Virus record (IMG/VR): IMGVR_UViG_3300024232_000046
Coordinates: 1 to 34,394 of that record
DNA from: a virus
Taxonomy: Duplodnaviria > Caudoviricetes
Strand: one strand, 5' to 3'
DNA length: 34,394 nucleotides
In this document: piece after piece, positions 34,388 to 34,394 of the stretch
Layout of the letters: each line of letters starts with the position of its first letter
Numbering within the stretch: position 1 is the first letter of the stretch
Notes under the pieces: model-generated
Databases searched by the model: none
What the model was told of the DNA's origin: nothing
Seen by the model: only the letters and a program-made list of their open reading frames with translations
Position numbers and translations under genes: made by a program

Positions 34388-34394
34388 ACGTCGG

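Noticed and set aside
34388-34394. Last 7 bases diverge from the terminal repeat
   Set aside because: 34384-34394 (GCGGACGTCGG) is the reverse complement of 34345-34355. This is most likely a fold-back library or assembly artefact and not a capsid variant.
1-34394. Host assignment (cyanobacterial from TTTTCCACA/CGATCG, or acidobacterial from gene style), tRNAs, integrase and alternative genetic code
   Set aside because: The sequence alone does not settle the host. No tRNA or recombinase was seen, and genes are intact under the standard bacterial code.

Overview
This window is very probably a complete, circularly permuted ~34,261-bp high-GC siphovirus genome: bases 1-126 repeat at 34262-34387. 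Nearly all credible genes are on the minus strand. In transcription order they are: HNH, a cos-like region, terS, terL, a small insert that includes a plus-strand holin-like gene and a PAP2 phosphatase, a prohead protease/major capsid fusion spanning the junction, portal, collagen-like protein, head-tail connector, a six-gene glycosyltransferase/radical-SAM/methyltransferase cassette, head closure, tail terminator, tail tube, frameshifted tail chaperones, tape measure, hub and fibre genes, a block of small early genes, a non-coding origin-like region, and a modular GH5-like hydrolase with a secreted protein. I could not recognise an integrase, HTH repressor, ParA, Rep, helicase, primase, polymerase or classical endolysin. 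The strongest leads are: (1) an oriC-like origin with phased TTTTCCACA DnaA boxes, a GC cluster and DnaA-trio-like triplets in a phage without recognisable replication genes; (2) the glycan-modification cassette inside the head-tail operon; (3) a GATC-free structured insert that appears to split a gene next to the origin; (4) two promoters sharing one operator; (5) strong GATC/CTCGAG over-representation. All family calls come from motif recognition by eye. No database searches were run.
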